64,000 nt of DNA from Octopus vulgaris (GCA_951406725.2 OX597822.1:24614001-24678000); one strand, 5' to 3'; positions 1-14,421 are shown, numbered from the stretch's first letter. The notes: generated by a model from the sequence alone, not told the origin. Translations and numbers: made by a program.

Positions 1-223
1 AACACCCCAATCCCACAGGAGCACCACATTGATAATACACACCTTCCCCACTTCAAGACAACTCTTGCTCGTTTCACAGCCGACCCAAGCAAGGGACATA
101 ACTCCTAACCTAATCCTCTGGCCTCTCTTTCATTTCACCACCTTTTTTTACAGCAGCTGCTGACCAGTTGTGCTAATCTACCTCCAACAATAGAGGGCAG
201 TTGCCATATTCCCTTCCATATCA

Positions 224-313
224 GCTAACTCTGATGAGTGTAAAGTTATTTAATCAGGTTATTACCTAACACTCCATTGTATTCGTTATGTGAAACTGAT
301 TGGTAAGATCAGC
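224..313 (+). ncRNA. Type I hammerhead ribozyme-like motif (degenerate)
   Basis: CTGATGA (231-237), long stem II GTGTAA..TTATGT, GAAA (292-295), near-palindromic CTGATTGG, TA; partial stem I. Confidence 0.55.
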
Positions 314-355
314 CATGATGGATATTTAATACATATTTAATATTGTACTTTTTGG

Positions 356-392
<37 letters not shown>

Positions 393-394
<2 letters not shown>

Positions 395-557
395 TTATTT
401 TATAGAAGGAGCTTCTACAGGACTAGAACTTTCATTCAGATGAAATCTTCAGGAAGCTGGTATAAATACCAGACCTTATTTTGACAGCCAGCTTCCTGAA
501 GATTTCATCTGAATGAAACAGTTCTAGTCCTGTAGAAGCTCCTTCTATAAAATAAAT
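393..557. repeat. Palindromic repeat carrying a hammerhead in each arm (Penelope pLTR-like)
   Basis: 393-460 is the reverse complement of 488-557 apart from a 2-nt indel; abuts (TA)n. Confidence 0.85.
491..539 (+). ncRNA. Type I hammerhead ribozyme motif
   Basis: GCTTC-CTGAAGA-tTTC atct GAAt-GAAA-CAG..CTG-TA-GAAGC: three stems and complete core. Confidence 0.8.
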
Positions 558-655
558 TAATTTACTCTGCTATGTATTGAGTACCTTATTTACTGTGGTT
601 AACCCCGACTCAACCCGGGACCTACATATATATATATATATATATATATATACAC

Positions 656-736
<81 letters not shown>

Positions 737-2149
737 ATATATAGGAAAAATAGAAGTTGAAAATGCACAGAGAATAGATAAGATATTTTTTATTAGTATA
801 ATTAAAGATGTAACCGGTTTCACAGTTTACACTGATTTTCAAAAATTTGAAATTGAAAGACATGGCTTATGATGCAGTTGTTTTGCTTCTGACTAGTGTT
901 TGAAGCTTGCTCTATTTTTAAAAGGAGTTCATGACTCAAATTAATATATGTTTCGAAGGGAATTCGATTGGTAGAGGGTAGTCACATGACTGGTCTTAGA
1001 AATTTTGGTAGGTTCCCCACTACATCTGTGTATTAATGTCAAGTGACAAGAGAATGCTTTCATGCAAAAGTACAAACCCATATTTAACAAACTTTAGTGA
1101 AGTACAAACACAAATAAGTATTCTCACACAAAATTCATTCTGCCACTTAACATGAGGAACCTACACAGCTTACAACCTAAACTTTAGCCACTGGACTACA
1201 CACAAATGACTTCTGTCATCTACTCTCCTGCCAGATAGATTACATTTGAGTGCCTTGATTGCAATTGGACATGTTCGCTCAACCATGTCAGCCTTCATTT
1301 TTAAGTGCAAAATATACTGGCACGTGACACTAATGCATGGACATAGCGGGGAAACTTACAGAAGGTTCTAAACTTAATCACTTGTTCATTCTCTACAAAT
1401 ACCTGGCAGAAAACATTCAGAGCATTGATTGTTTTGTACTACCGCTAGACTTGTTCAGTCAATCATATCAGCCTTAACTTATGACACTAAGCTTTGTTAC
1501 TTGATACTAACACACAGACATCGTGGGGAACTTACAAAAATTTCTAAGACCATGTGACTACCCTCTCCCTATCAAAACCTATTCAAAACATATACTAAAC
1601 TGAGCCATGAACACCCTATAAAAATAGAGCAAGCTTTGAATACTAGTCAGAAGCAAGACAGCTGTAACATAAGCCACATTTTCTATTTCAAATTTTTGAA
1701 AATCAGTGTAAACTGTGAAACCGGTTCCATCTTTAACCCTTTTGATACCAACCTGGCCAAAACCGCCTCTGGCTCTGTAGTACAAATGTCTTGTTTTCAT
1801 AAGTTTTGAATTAAAATCTTCCACCAAACTTTAGTCACAATTTATGTTCCAACACTAGCTGAATGATAACTAAGTTATTTTACTAAATTCTTTGTTATAT
1901 TTAAAATTAATTGAATGAAACACAGAATATCTCAAAATAAATACAGTAACGAAAGGGTTAAATATATCAATATAAGATATTTTAACCATTCTCAGTGCAT
2001 TTTCAAATTCTACTTTTACTATATTTCTGCCTGTGTGGAATAAACTAACTTTGTTTTCTATATCTATATATATATAACAAAAGTCAGGATGCATAGTGTT
2101 TAGTTACTCAATCAATGAAAAATGCATTAAATACTATAAAATGTACATG

Positions 2150-2303
2150 TAGGAGTGGCTGTAAATAGCTTGCTTACCAACCACATGGTTCTGGGTTCAT
2201 TCCCACTGCGTGGTGCCTTGGGCAAGTGTCTTCTACTATAGCCTTGGGCTGACCAAAGCCTTGTGAATGGATTTGGTCGACGGAAACTGAAAGAAACCTG
2301 TCG

Positions 2304-2334
<31 letters not shown>

Positions 2335-2555
2335 TTGTGTGTCTGTGTTTGTACCCCCAACATCGCTTGACAACCAATGCTGCTGTGTTTACGTCCCCGT
2401 AACTTAGCAGTTCAGCAAAAGAGAATGATAGAATAAGTATTAGGCTTACAAAGAATAAGTCCTGGGGTCGATTTACTCAACTAAAGGTGGTGCTCCAGTA
2501 TGGCCACAGTCAAATGACTGAAACAAGTAAAAGAGTAAAAGAGAGTAAAGAGAGT
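2150..2555 (+). mobile_element. tRNA-derived SINE family A (CORE-like CCTTGGGCAAG; internal (TG)n; LINE-like tail)
   Basis: GTAGGAGTGGCTG..GGGTTCA head, GGTGCTCCAGYATGGCC tail with (GTAAAAGA)n; further copies or fragments near 4865-5283(-), 6062-6640, 8865-9025, 9035-9618(-), 27240-27365, 32530-32610, 40548-40690, 45050-45235, 46950-47250. Confidence 0.85.
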
Positions 2556-2854
2556 AGGACAGATACAGAAGGATCCTCATTAAATTTACTGTATTTTTAT
2601 AATTAAATATTATTAGGAATTGTTTAGAAATTTTTAATATTTTGTGTATTGTAGCAGAATAACCAATTTATTTCCCATAAACATTAACAATAAAATCCTA
2701 TATGGACACCCTTCCCTCCCAAGCACCATATGGAACCTGGTTCAGAACCACTGCATTATGCAAAAGGCAAGAAAGACATGATTGGAGTCACAGCTGCAAT
2801 GCCTTTGATTATAGGTTTCATTGATCAGGGTGGTTTTGAGCTGAGATACACTAA

Positions 2855-3256
2855 TCTCTCTCTATATATAAAGCTGAAGTTGTCTGTGTATGGCAGGTTT
2901 AGTAGCCTTCAATTAACACTATCTCCTCTGAGACCCTGCGGCGCAAGTTGACCAAAATTGAGAGTATGATAGAAGAAGGTTTGCTCTTCCTTCCATAGAA
3001 GAAAAAATTCAAATTGGACCATGTTAACACCAAAAATTATTTACATTAAAAAGGTGCTTTTTTTCTATGAAAATCCTGATTTTTTTACGATTTTTTTACT
3101 GTTGTGTCGTCATTTATTTGGTGTATTTCAACCAGAAAAAGGTTCACTTAAAGAGAATAACAAGCTACATAATGCAAAATTTTTACTTTTCAAAAATTCC
3201 AATTCTAAAGGGTTGAAAAGAAAACAAGCCCGAGCAACGCTGGACTATACTGCTAG
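2855..3256 (+). mobile_element. Non-autonomous Helitron-like element
   Basis: 5' TC, 3' imperfect hairpin CCCGAGCAACGCTGG then CTAG, between A and T; related element reversed at 13547. Confidence 0.65.
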
Positions 3257-3479
3257 TGCATTACTATATGCACTATCAATTTCTTTTTCTGCCATTCTCT
3301 CACCCCACCGCTGTTATCTATCTATCTGTCTGTCTGTCCGTCTAGAGTTATTTCCCTTCATTTATTTTTGGCTATTCAGCACCTCTAAAATCAGTTCTTG
3401 TTAATTAATTTCTTGCATAATCTCAGCTGATTAATTTTTTTCAACTTAGCATATTACAGGTCTGATACTCTAACATATA

Positions 3480-5965
3480 CTGTACATACTCGCGGATAAG
3501 TTGCACTTTTTTGTTACCAAACATTTCGATAAAAATCAGGGTTGTGACCTACCCGCTTGACATCACAGGGATCTAAAGTAGATGGCGACGTATCTGTATT
3601 TCAGGCACATACCCTGGGCTCAAGCTTTTCAGTTATCAAGTTGTTATGGAAACATTTTTGGGACATCTGTTTACTAGAAAGCAGAAATTGGGAGTTTGCA
3701 TTTTGGTCTTTTTGACAACGTTTATTCGCCCTGATGTTTTGTTAAAATATTTTAATACTTGCAAACCCTAATCCTGAGTAAGAGAAAGAATTATGAAGTA
3801 GGTTTAAGTTGAAAGTGGTGGGTTATACAGAAGAACATGGAAACAGATCTGCAGAAAGAGAATTTGGTGATTCAGAAAAGGTGGTGAGTTGATGGAAGAA
3901 GCTGAAGGAACAGCTTAGAGAAATGCCAAATTTGAAGAGAGCAGCAAGGTTTCAGTATCTCTGTACCAAAATCTTGAAAAAGAATAGTGTGATTGGGTCA
4001 TAGACCTTAGAAATAATGGTCTCACTCTAGCCAAACTTTCAATAAGAACCAAAGCCATTCAGCTTGCCCCAAAGTACCATCTTATGCAATTTAAATCCTC
4101 AGCAGGGTGGTGTACCAGATTTATGAATAGATGTGGATTGACATTATGCCAAAAAACTCATATCACTCAAAAACTGCCAAAGACATTGGTGAAAAATGTC
4201 ATAATTTTTCAATGTTAGTTCTGAAGGAGCATAAAATGTTTGATTCTCCGTAGAAAATATTGGAAACATGGATGAAACGTCCATGTATTTAGATATGCTG
4301 CGAAACACTACAGGTGACAGAGTGGGAAACAAAATTGTTACAGTAAAAACTACAGGGCATGAGAAATAACATTTTACTGTAGTGCTAGCCTGTCAAGCTA
4401 ATGGAAAAAAGCTTTGTCCAATGGTTGTCTTCAAAAGGAAGAATATGCTGAAGAATTCCTTTCCACCAGTCTCTAAGTACACCCTTAGAGACAGATAGAC
4501 AAAAACTTCACAAATGTTTGGTTGAACAAAGTTTGGATGAAAAGCTCAAAGGCCTTGCTCAGACCCAGAAGTCTTCTAGTTTGGCGCATATTTAACTCAA
4601 CATTGCTGTGAGTCCATAAGGCTAAATTGAAGGAATGCTGAACAAGGCAAGCAGTCATTCCTGGTAGTTGCACCTCTCTTTTGCAGCCACTTGACATTTC
4701 AGTAAATAAATCTTTCAAGACTTACATTTGAAAATTGTGAACACCTTGGATGATATGTGGCAAAAGGGAATTTATTAAAGGTGGGTCATTGAAAAGACCT
4801 GGATTGAGCTTAGTAGTAAAATGGGTGAAGAAAGCCTGGGACAATATCCTTGAAGAACTAATTTCTCTTTTCATTTTTTTTTTCTTTTACTTGTTTCAGT
4901 CATTTCACTGTGGCCATGCTGGAGCACCACCTTTAGTCGAGCAAATCGACCCCAGGACTTATTCTTTGTAAGCCTAGTACTTATTCTATAGGTGTCTTTA
5001 GCCAAACCGCTAAGTTATGGGGATGTAAACACACCAGCATCGGTTGTCAAGCGATGTTGGGGGGACAAACACAGACACACAAACATATACACACACAGAC
5101 ATATATATACACTTATATACAACAGGCTTCTTTCAGTTTCCATCAACCAAATCCACTCTCAAGGCTTTGGTTGGCCCAAGGCTATAGTAGAAGACACTTG
5201 CCCAAGTGGGACACAGTGGGACTGAACCCAGAACCATGTTGTTGGTAAGCAAGCTACTTACCACACAGCCACTCCTACACCTAATTAGGAAGTCCTTCAA
5301 AAAATTTCAACCACCATGGATGGTGCTGAAGACAATGGGAGGCATAAGGGTTTGATTGGTTCAAGCATGGAAAAGATAGCGAATTTGGATGGAGATGAAC
5401 GTACCATAACTGATGATGAGCTAAACAACTACTATGACACGGTCACTGATGACTACACTGTAACTAATGAATAAATGAAAAGACTGTTTGATAATGATGA
5501 TGACCAAGAAGAACTTAGGGGTTTCAATCCTGATAAAGTTTAATAATTATATCTAAATGAATAAACACTTTTCTTATGGAACATTTTTTTCTGTTCTGTT
5601 TGTAATTCTAGGCATTTTTCTTGTCAAGTTGATAGTTATCAGGTTTTTTTGTCAAGTGGATTTATTAATTAGACTACTTTCATTAAGTCACTTTCACAAA
5701 ACTGTTGTAATTTTGTAAGCAAAGTTTTGAAATAAAGGTGAATATTTGATAAGATATAACAAATATTAGTTATGTTTACATTAAAAAGGGCCAAGTAACT
5801 CCCCAGATTATAGTGCTACCTATCATCATTATCATCCTTTAACATGATGATGATGATGATAGGTTCCACTATAAGCTATGAGTCAACTGCAAATACCTAC
5901 TTTGACAACCCCAAACTAAGGGGGTGACCTATCTGCTGGTGCAACCTATCCACGAGTATATATGG
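3480..5965 (+). mobile_element. Decayed pogo/Tigger-like DNA transposon with nested SINE (4865-5283)
   Basis: TIRs CTGTACATACTCGCGGATAAGTTGCA / TGCAACCTATCCACGAGTATATATGG with TA TSD; transposase remnants FKSSAGWCTRFM, NMDETS, KTTGHE, LQPLDISVNKSFK. Confidence 0.88.
4865..5283 (-). mobile_element. SINE family A copy nested in pogo element
   Basis: Reverse complement of the 2150-2555 family. Confidence 0.85.
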
Positions 5966-6223
5966 TAAGTATTTAATATACAGAGCACTCTCCCATGATA
6001 CCATATCCCTCCATAATCAGAATCATGACATCACCTCATTAAATTGATATTCCTATACATAGGCACAGGGGTGGCTGTGTCATTAAGTAGCTTGCTTATC
6101 AATCACATGGTTCTGGGTTCAGTCCCACTGCATGGCTCTTTGGGCAAGTGTCCTCTACTATAGCCTTGGGCTGACCAAAGCCTTGTGAGTGGATTTGGTA
6201 CACAGAAACTGAAAGAAGCCTGT

Positions 6224-6271
<48 letters not shown>

Positions 6272-6363
6272 AGTTCAGCAAAATTTAGATTCAAATGAAT
6301 ATGGTATTTAAGTCAGAGGCACCAGAATTTTGTATGGTATTATCAAAATAAATCCATGGGATG

Positions 6364-6408
<45 letters not shown>

Positions 6409-8864
6409 GTGTGTATATATTTGTGTGTCTGTGTTTGTCCCCCCACCCACCATCGCTTGACAATCGATGCTGGCGTGTTTACATCCCTGTAACTTAGCAG
6501 TTTGGCAAAAGAGGCCTATACTATAAGTACTAGGCTTACAAAGAATATGTTCTGGGATCGATTTGCTTGGCTAAAGGTGGTGCTCCAGCAATGTCAGTCA
6601 AATGGCTAAAATATGTAAAAGAATAAAAGAATAAAAGAATATAATCGAATGCTTAAATATTCCTTTATATATTGAATATACATAATCATGCCAACTGAGA
6701 AAAATTATCTTTTACTTGGGACTGAAACTTGTCTTTTGCATTAATCATTTGGCTTTAAATCATGATTACTATTTTAGAGTCTTTTTTAAAATTTTGGCCT
6801 GGAGTCTTTATGCTTATGCCAAGATGTAAGGTTTTACCATTTCGATCAGATGCGTTAGATATAAGGCTTGAGGACTTGATCTTGCCCCTGGCTTAATTTT
6901 ATATAAAAAAAAAGAAATTATTGTCTTGATTTTGATTTTAAAAATATTCTGCAAAATATTGCTAGCAACTAGAGTTTTGAGTAATAGTGGTTCTGATTGG
7001 TCAAAACAATGCATCTTAGGGAAACTGTTGTCATCTCAGTCAATGAAAAAGAAGCTTATGAACCCATATGCTAAATGATATTACCTATTTAGGTTTTAGA
7101 AATGCTGAGCCAAATGCAAGCATTTTGGGGGGATTTTTCCCCCAAAATTTATATCTTTGCCTAAATGAATTCTAGTGTTATGTTGCTTTTTATCAAGCAT
7201 TGGTCTTTTCAAGAACTGCACACATTCATTTGGGCAATTTCTGTTTTGGATACAAACTTTGCAAATACCTCATATTCTTTCTTTATTGTTAATAATGTAG
7301 TAATGAATATTTACCTTTTTATCCATTTACTTTCACTTTCATGCATGTGTGTGTATTTGTTTGTATGCACCTTTTGTCTTGACATCATGTGCTGGTTGTA
7401 AATGAGTTTTATTGTCATACAAGCAAATTTGTTCATTTTTAGCCTTAACCCTTTTGAGACACAGTGTTTTGGTATGTGTAGCCAAAAAGACCATAATTTT
7501 TTTCTTTTGAGATATGTCTACTGAAAGACGATCTCTGATTAGCTACTACACTTCAAAACCAACCATTCACAACATTTGTTCTATTGGGCCAGTGGATTGG
7601 CCTCAAAGTTCTTTGAGCTTGTATCACTTGGGCTGAGCAGTTGGCCTGGGTGTCCCAAGAGGGTTAAGTGAAAAACACATCTGGTCACTGAGGAAATATT
7701 ACCTTCCTTGGAAACAAATGAGGGTTAGTGACAGGAAGAGAACGTACCATAGACAACCTGCCTTAACAAATTCCATTTGAGCCTTGTAAGCATGGGAAAA
7801 TGGACATAAAATGATGTATGCATGTTGGTAGGTAGTTATGTATATATGTATATATTTCTGTTTGATCTGAGTAAATTATGATTACCAGCTAATTTTTGCA
7901 TAATTAAACTTGTTATTATTGAGATATTTTCTCATATTTAGGTTAATTTTGTTTACCAGTTCCTGTATTTCTTTTGATTAAAAGCATTGTGGCTGATGAG
8001 CTATATTTTTTTAAATGCATCACTGGTTGAAATAATTTATCGCTGTCCTGTGTATCAGATATGACATACAGAACACATTTCCCTTCATCCTTGCACCATA
8101 TATCATACACATCCTCAATTTTATCTGTCCTGTGAATCACATGTGACACACAGGACATATTTCCTTGGTGCCCATGCATCATACATGATACATGTTCTCA
8201 GTTTTTTCTCAACCACCAGAGTAACTTGGGACTTATGAAAGGAAAGCTTTATATTATTACTCAGAACATATGAAATATAGGTTAACTGAAAGTCTGGAAA
8301 CAAGCATGGATAATTAAAATAAACTCATGAAAATACTTTGGGAAGGTAAAGGATTACAAAAAGCACACAAAATTTTGTATCAATATAACATAAGAGTATA
8401 TTGGTTCAAATTTTGGCACTAGGCCAGCAGTTTTGGGGAAGGGTTAAGTCAATTACATCGACCCCAATGCTCAACTGGTAGTTATTTCATTGACTCCGAA
8501 AGGATGAAAGGCAAAGTTGACCTTGGTGGAATTTAAACTCAGAACATAGAGACAGACGAAATTCTACTAAGCATTTTGCATGGTGTACTAACAATTCTAC
8601 CAGCGCACTGACTTTATGTAGCATAAGAGTATAATGCTATTCAGAATTGTTGAGCTATTTTCAAAACTAGTAGTAATTCTAATGAACATTCAAAGACTGA
8701 AGAACCAATAGTTATGCATCTAAGGAGTAACAACTCTGCGAGATTGTCAACTGTGGTCATTTGGTTGACTCTCTTGACTCCATGTAATTAACCCTCTTGT
8801 TACCATCTTTCTGCTGAAATACACTTTGTTTTAAATTAATTTTGAAAGTAATTTTGAAATAGGT

Positions 8865-9618
8865 GTAGGAGTGGCTGTGTGGTAAGTAGCTTGCTTACCA
8901 AGCACATGGTTCCGGGTTCAGTCCCACTGTGTGGCACCTTGGGCAAGTATATTCTACTATAGCCTCAGGCCGACCAAAGCCTTGTGAGTGGATTTAGTAG
9001 ACGGAAACTGAAAGAAGCCCGTCGTATATATGTATACTCTTTTACTTGTTTCAGTCATTTGACTGCGGCCATGTTGGAGCACCACCTTTTAGTCGAGCAA
9101 ATCGACCCTGGTACTTATTCTTTGTAAGCCCAGCACTTATTCTATCAGACTCTTTTGCCGAACCACTAAGTTATGGGGACGTAAACACACCAGTATCGGT
9201 TGTCAAGCACAGACACACAAACATATACACACACATATATATATATACATATATACGACGGGCTTCTTTCAGTTTCCGTCTACTAAATCTACTCACAAGG
9301 CTTTGGTCGGCCTGAGGCTATAATAGAAGATACTTGCCCAAGGTGCCGAACCGCTAAGTAACGGGGACGTAAACACACCAGCATCGGTTGTCAAGCAATG
9401 CTAGGGGGACAAACACAGACACACACACACACACATATATATATACATATATATGACAGGCTTCTTTCAGTTTCCGTCTACCAAATCCACTCACAAGGCA
9501 TTGGTCGGCCCGGGGCTATAGCAGAAGACACTTGCCCAAGATGCCATGCAGTGGGACTGAACCCGGAACCATGTGGTTGGTTAGCAAGATACTTACCACA
9601 CAGCCACTCCTGTGCCTA
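8865..9618. mobile_element. Cluster of three SINE family A copies (one +, two -)
   Basis: Repeated head and body sequence in inverted and tandem arrangement. Confidence 0.8.
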
Positions 9619-10735
9619 CGCATCAGAAGAGTTTTTAGTAATATTCTTTTCTACTCTAGGCACAAGGCACAAAATTTTTGGGGAGAGGATCAGCCGATTA
9701 GATTGACCCCAGTTTGCAACTGATACTTAATTTATTGACTCTGAAAGGATGAAAGGCAAAGTTGATCTTGGCGGAATTTGAACTCAGAACAACATGGAAA
9801 ATGGACATTACATAATGGTAATGATGATGACGATGATGATGATGACGATGACTTTATGAAAATAAAGAAAGCAGCTTCAGAAAATGTAGTCAAGATTTTC
9901 TCCTTTCATTATTTATGCAGCTGAGATGAGGCAAAGACTTCCTGAAATTTTAGCTATTTTTGGAAAAAAAAACAAAACTTTCTTCTTTTCAGATAAACAT
10001 AAACTCCATAACTGTAAAGGATATACCCTAATATCGCGATGCTGTGAAATATTTAGATGCTTTTTATAGTAAAGTGGCACACTCAAATATCAGTTAAGCA
10101 AAAAAAATACATGACCAACTGGGAAAACAAAACACAAATTGAAGCTTTTGGGAGTGAAACATGACAATTTAAAAATACCAATTTAAAAATCCATGTCTGC
10201 CCTAATAGTATCTCATCAAAGTGCTGATGTAGGGTGATCAGAATTGTAAATTATGTATGATATAAACAGGAAAATAAACAGAACTTGACCTTCATCATGT
10301 TACCCTGATAGTAAATTTCATACCCTGATAAGGGTATGAAAATGTTTCAACTTATCAATTTTCTGATGGAGTTTTAAAAGTAATAGCAACTCCAGAATCA
10401 TATCAGTGCCCTTTGGCACATAAATCTTAGACACATGAACTTTAACCTTCAATGGCATCATTCCACCTAAATTCTTCCCTTATATTTTGCAAGGCAGACA
10501 TCTCCAAGGGAGACGTCTGTTTATATTTTTTGAATGAAGAACGTAAAGGCAAAAAATAAGTATTTAGGTGTTTTTACTTAAAAAACTTTTTAAACGGTTA
10601 TGCTTTTGGATCAGTGTTTGCAAAATCTAGATTATTCTTGATTTAATTTGCTTTATTTCTCGACTGAAAGAAAGTGGCAACCATGCTGTGATTACCAGAA
10701 TTATTCTCATTTGCATTGCCTATATTGTCCAAAAG

Positions 10736-10778
<43 letters not shown>

Positions 10779-10916
10779 ACACCTATCAGTCTATATGTGT
10801 CTATCAGTATCTCCCTGTCTGTCTGTCTGTCTATACATATAACACCCCAACAGCCCCCCCCCCCCACGCATACACGCATAGTGGAAAATTAAGATAAACA
10901 CTAGCATAAATATTTA

Positions 10917-11014
10917 GTTCTTATGTACGTTTCCCCAATCCAGTTATTTGGGACTCAGTATTAGATGCTCCAAGTGTATTTGGATGCCTGACTGCAATGG
11001 ATCATCAGGGGAAC
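10917..11014 (-). ncRNA. Degenerate type I hammerhead in diverged palindrome 10901-11120
   Basis: Minus strand GTTCC(C)-CTGATGA-TCCATTGCAGT..ACTGGATTGGG-GAAA..TA-AGAAC; the opposite arm keeps ACTGCAATGGCGAAACG..TAGGAAC. Confidence 0.5.
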
Positions 11015-11462
11015 AGTTTATTGCACTCCGTTAGAGATCTAATAGCTCAGAACATTGAATGCAGAGGTCTAAATAACTGCAATGGCGAAACGTTTGTAGG
11101 AACTAAATATCTATGCTGGCATTTATCTTAATTGTCCACTACATATGCTCTGTATATCATAGCCTATTAAGACTGCGTAATAGAGTGAGTTTTTTTATCA
11201 CTATACTAGCAGCTGAGTGGATAATGATAACCTATATGGAGCTCTAGCTCATAGAAGTAGTTGTATATCTAACTATATATGGTACCACATAAAAAGCACC
11301 CAGTACACTTTGTAAAGTGGTTGGTGTTAGGAAAGGTATCCAGCTGTAGAAACCAAGCTGAAACAGACTATGGATCCTGGTATGGCCCCTGGCCTTGCCA
11401 GTTTCTGCCAAGCCATCCAACCCGTGCAAGTATGGAAAACGAACATTAAATGTTGATGATGA

Positions 11463-11515
<53 letters not shown>

Positions 11516-11641
11516 TATATGTATGTATATTTATTTATATAAATAAGGATAAGATCGTTAATTTAATTATCGAACTTATCAAGTGGCCAGCATGGGAATA
11601 AAAACCTTCAAACGTAATAATTATTATTAAAATTATAATTA

Positions 11642-11848
11642 AGGGTATCTAAGAAATACCACCATGCTTGAAATAGTAGCCAAAACTTGACTCTAAAACC
11701 ACATTAAATGTTCACACAGCACCAGGAGAGAAGACAAAAAGACAAAATAAACTAGTCTTCTCTCCTGGTGCTGTATGAACATTTAATGTGGTTTTAGAGT
11801 CAAGTTTTGGCTGCTATTTCCAGCGTGGTGGTATCTCTTAGATACCCT
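11642..11848. repeat. Foldback inverted repeat, ~95-bp arms
   Basis: AGGGTATCTAAG..GAGAGAAGAC / GTCTTCTCTC..CTTAGATACCCT. Confidence 0.85.
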
Positions 11849-12195
11849 CACTATATTAGATATGTGTGAATCTACACTAATTGTTTTTAGTGTGCAGAAG
11901 GCTCTCACTCCTCTGATATTTGCACTTCAGCCATTCTGTATTTCTGTATTTCTCTATGTTCTTGTCACTTTCTGTACCACTTTAAATGTTTATATGGATC
12001 AAGTCTAAGTAAAAAGACAATGGGGAAAAAAAAAACATTGAAAAATGTCACTGGAAAAAAGACAGTGTGAATAGTAGGAAGCTCAGAGCTCAGTACTGTT
12101 GTGAATCTACAATATTTGTATTCAGTGAAAAATATTTTATGCTTCCTCACTTGGAAATTATTGATAGTAATAAGCACGGTTCAAAAAATCTTATA

Positions 12196-12761
12196 TTGGG
12201 TTGTCCGGAAAGTTCATTCCGATTTTTAAAAGAAAGAAAAAGGTCAATAAATACTTGCCATTACATTTTTAATCAACCAAATATGAACCATTTTGTTGCA
12301 CAATGTGTCTCCATCTTTACTTTAACTTGAAAATACCCTCTTCCCAGAATTGAGGGGGTTTCATGGCAAAGAATTCATCAAGGTATTTTTTTATGTCATT
12401 CAAGGAATTGAAGTTTTTACCATTAAGGCTATTCTGCAGAGATCTGAATAAGTGGAAATCCGAAGGAGCAATATCTGGTGAATATGGAGGGTGGGGTAAC
12501 ACATCCCAGTCGAGCTGTAGCAATTTTTGTCTGGTTTCCAAAGCATCAAGTGCCGAAAATGAACTTTCTTATCTCCCATTTTAAAGGGTTACAGAATTAA
12601 CACAGGTTCTAGGGACATAAATCTTCTTCCACGAAAAGATAGGTTAAACTGTGCTCTAAATGGAGGTGTAGTCAAATCCTATTTTATGGACTCAACCATG
12701 TTCTAAAATAAGTCGAAAGGTAAGCTACTATAAATCGGTACGAACTTTCCGGACAACCCAA
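12196..12761 (-). mobile_element. Internally deleted mariner transposon
   Basis: TIRs TTGGGTTGTCCGGAAAGTTC at both ends, TA TSD; ORF has LPHPPYSPDIAPSDFHLF motif. Confidence 0.95.
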
Positions 12762-13257
12762 TACAATGTATTGGGTTCACGAATACCAAATATGCCACTT
12801 GTAGAACCAAGTTGTGGTGGAAGACCCAGGACAGTATTATGACAAATGTAGAGAAAAAATCCAGAGACAGGCTAAATTCATAACCATGCACCAGATCAAA
12901 CCCAAATCCATATTGTTAAAGTATGCAAGTTTATAGTACTTCAATATAATATGACATTTTTTCCAGTGATTTTTTTCCTAGTCAAAATTGTGACATTTTT
13001 CTGTGATTTTTCCAGACTCTATATAGCTCATATACACTAGCATGGCTAGATTGTGTGCCGCCCGGGGTGGCCCTTCCATTTTCTGCCCCTGGACCCTACT
13101 AAAAACATATTGCCTAGAGCAGACCCAAAAGTGCAACCTGGTGTGAACTGCCCCTACTGCTCCCCCAGCCACACTTGTGCTCATGTATATTCTTATTATT
13201 TTTCTTAAATCTCAAGATTTATACGATACATCATATATATATATATATATATATATA

Positions 13258-13472
13258 CAAGGGTGTATTGAAAATTTCCTGGCTTTATGGGTATTGTGAA
13301 AGGCCTGGTTGAAGGCCCAACCTCCTGAGTTCTTGCAGAGGGCTTAGATAAAATGAAGGACCACTGCAATAAGTGTGTGAATCTGAGAGGGGAATATGTC
13401 GAATAGAATCATAATTAACTGATCTGCCTGTATTTTCTTTTACCCAAAGCCAGGAACTTTTCAGCCCCCCTT
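13258..13472 (+). mobile_element. Mariner-derived MITE
   Basis: Imperfect TIRs AAGGGTGTATTGAAAATTTCCTGGCTTT / AAAGCCAGGAACTTTTCAGCCCCCCTT; transposase C-terminal remnant KCVNLRGEYVE*. Confidence 0.75.
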
Positions 13473-13484
13473 TATGTGTGTATG

Positions 13485-13546
<62 letters not shown>

Positions 13547-13547
<1 letters not shown>

Positions 13548-13913
13548 TAGCAGTATCGCCCGGCGTTGCTCAGGTTTGTAAGGGAAATAACTCTAAAGCA
13601 TTTTTAGAGAGTTATAGCCAAAAAATAGCAAAAAAATGGAAAAAAAATTATGGTAAATTTTTTGTGAGAGTTAAAAAGGTCGAGTTGCGTCCCCTAGACA
13701 GTTTGTGGTTTGTGTTTCTGATTCTCGACCCCATGTCGAATTTATCGATTTTTTTCAGAACTGGGGGAACTTTTCAAAATTTTCGCTGCGTTAGTTTTGA
13801 ATTATGACATTGGGCTATGTGTGTGTCAAGTTTCATCAGAATCGGTTGAAAGCCGTGGTCAGGGTGAGGGTACAACCAAACAGACACACAGAAACACACA
13901 CAGACAAACTGCC

Positions 13914-13920
<7 letters not shown>
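13547..13920 (-). mobile_element. Non-autonomous Helitron-like element in (TA)n
   Basis: CTAG end with GC-rich hairpin CGCCCGGCGTTGCTCAGG; termini resemble 2855-3256. Confidence 0.65.
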
Positions 13921-13949
<29 letters not shown>

Positions 13950-14378
13950 AACAAATTAGCACAAAGCATTAGGATGCAGAAAAGCATCAACCTGCTAGAA
14001 ATAAGAGCTAAAGTCATAATTAAACCACTGTAAAAGTATGCGAGGAAATGGAAAGAATTATTACATACAAAAGCACAACTATGAAAGATTATGCCGTTTA
14101 GGGACATCCACATACCCAAGTTTCAGCTTTTGGAAATTTAATCCTTGAGCCTTTTTAGTGCAGACCACCTAGTGAAAACTCATGTATATTCTAGTCATTT
14201 TCCTTACTTATGTGTGTGTGTGTGTGTGTGTGGTATTTTATACACAAACATTGGTGTGTGGTTAAGAAATTCACATTATAAAGAACCACCACCACCATAA
14301 TGATATTTCTATTTTTGAATTTAGGTAAATAATCCATCGAACAGTCGGTCAACAGCGATGACTGCTGGGTTCGGCTAC

Positions 14379-14421
14379 TCCACATTGATAAGAGGCAACC
14401 ACCTCGAAACTAGTCTGTGGA
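14379..14421 (+). ncRNA. Minimal type I hammerhead motif with mutated core (TTGATAA)
   Basis: TCCACA-TTGATAA-GAGG caacca CCTC-GAAA-CTAG-TC-TGTGGA. Confidence 0.65.

Noticed and set aside
1290-1560. Weak direct repeats (GGGGAA(A)CTTACA)
   Set aside because: Too short and diverged to interpret
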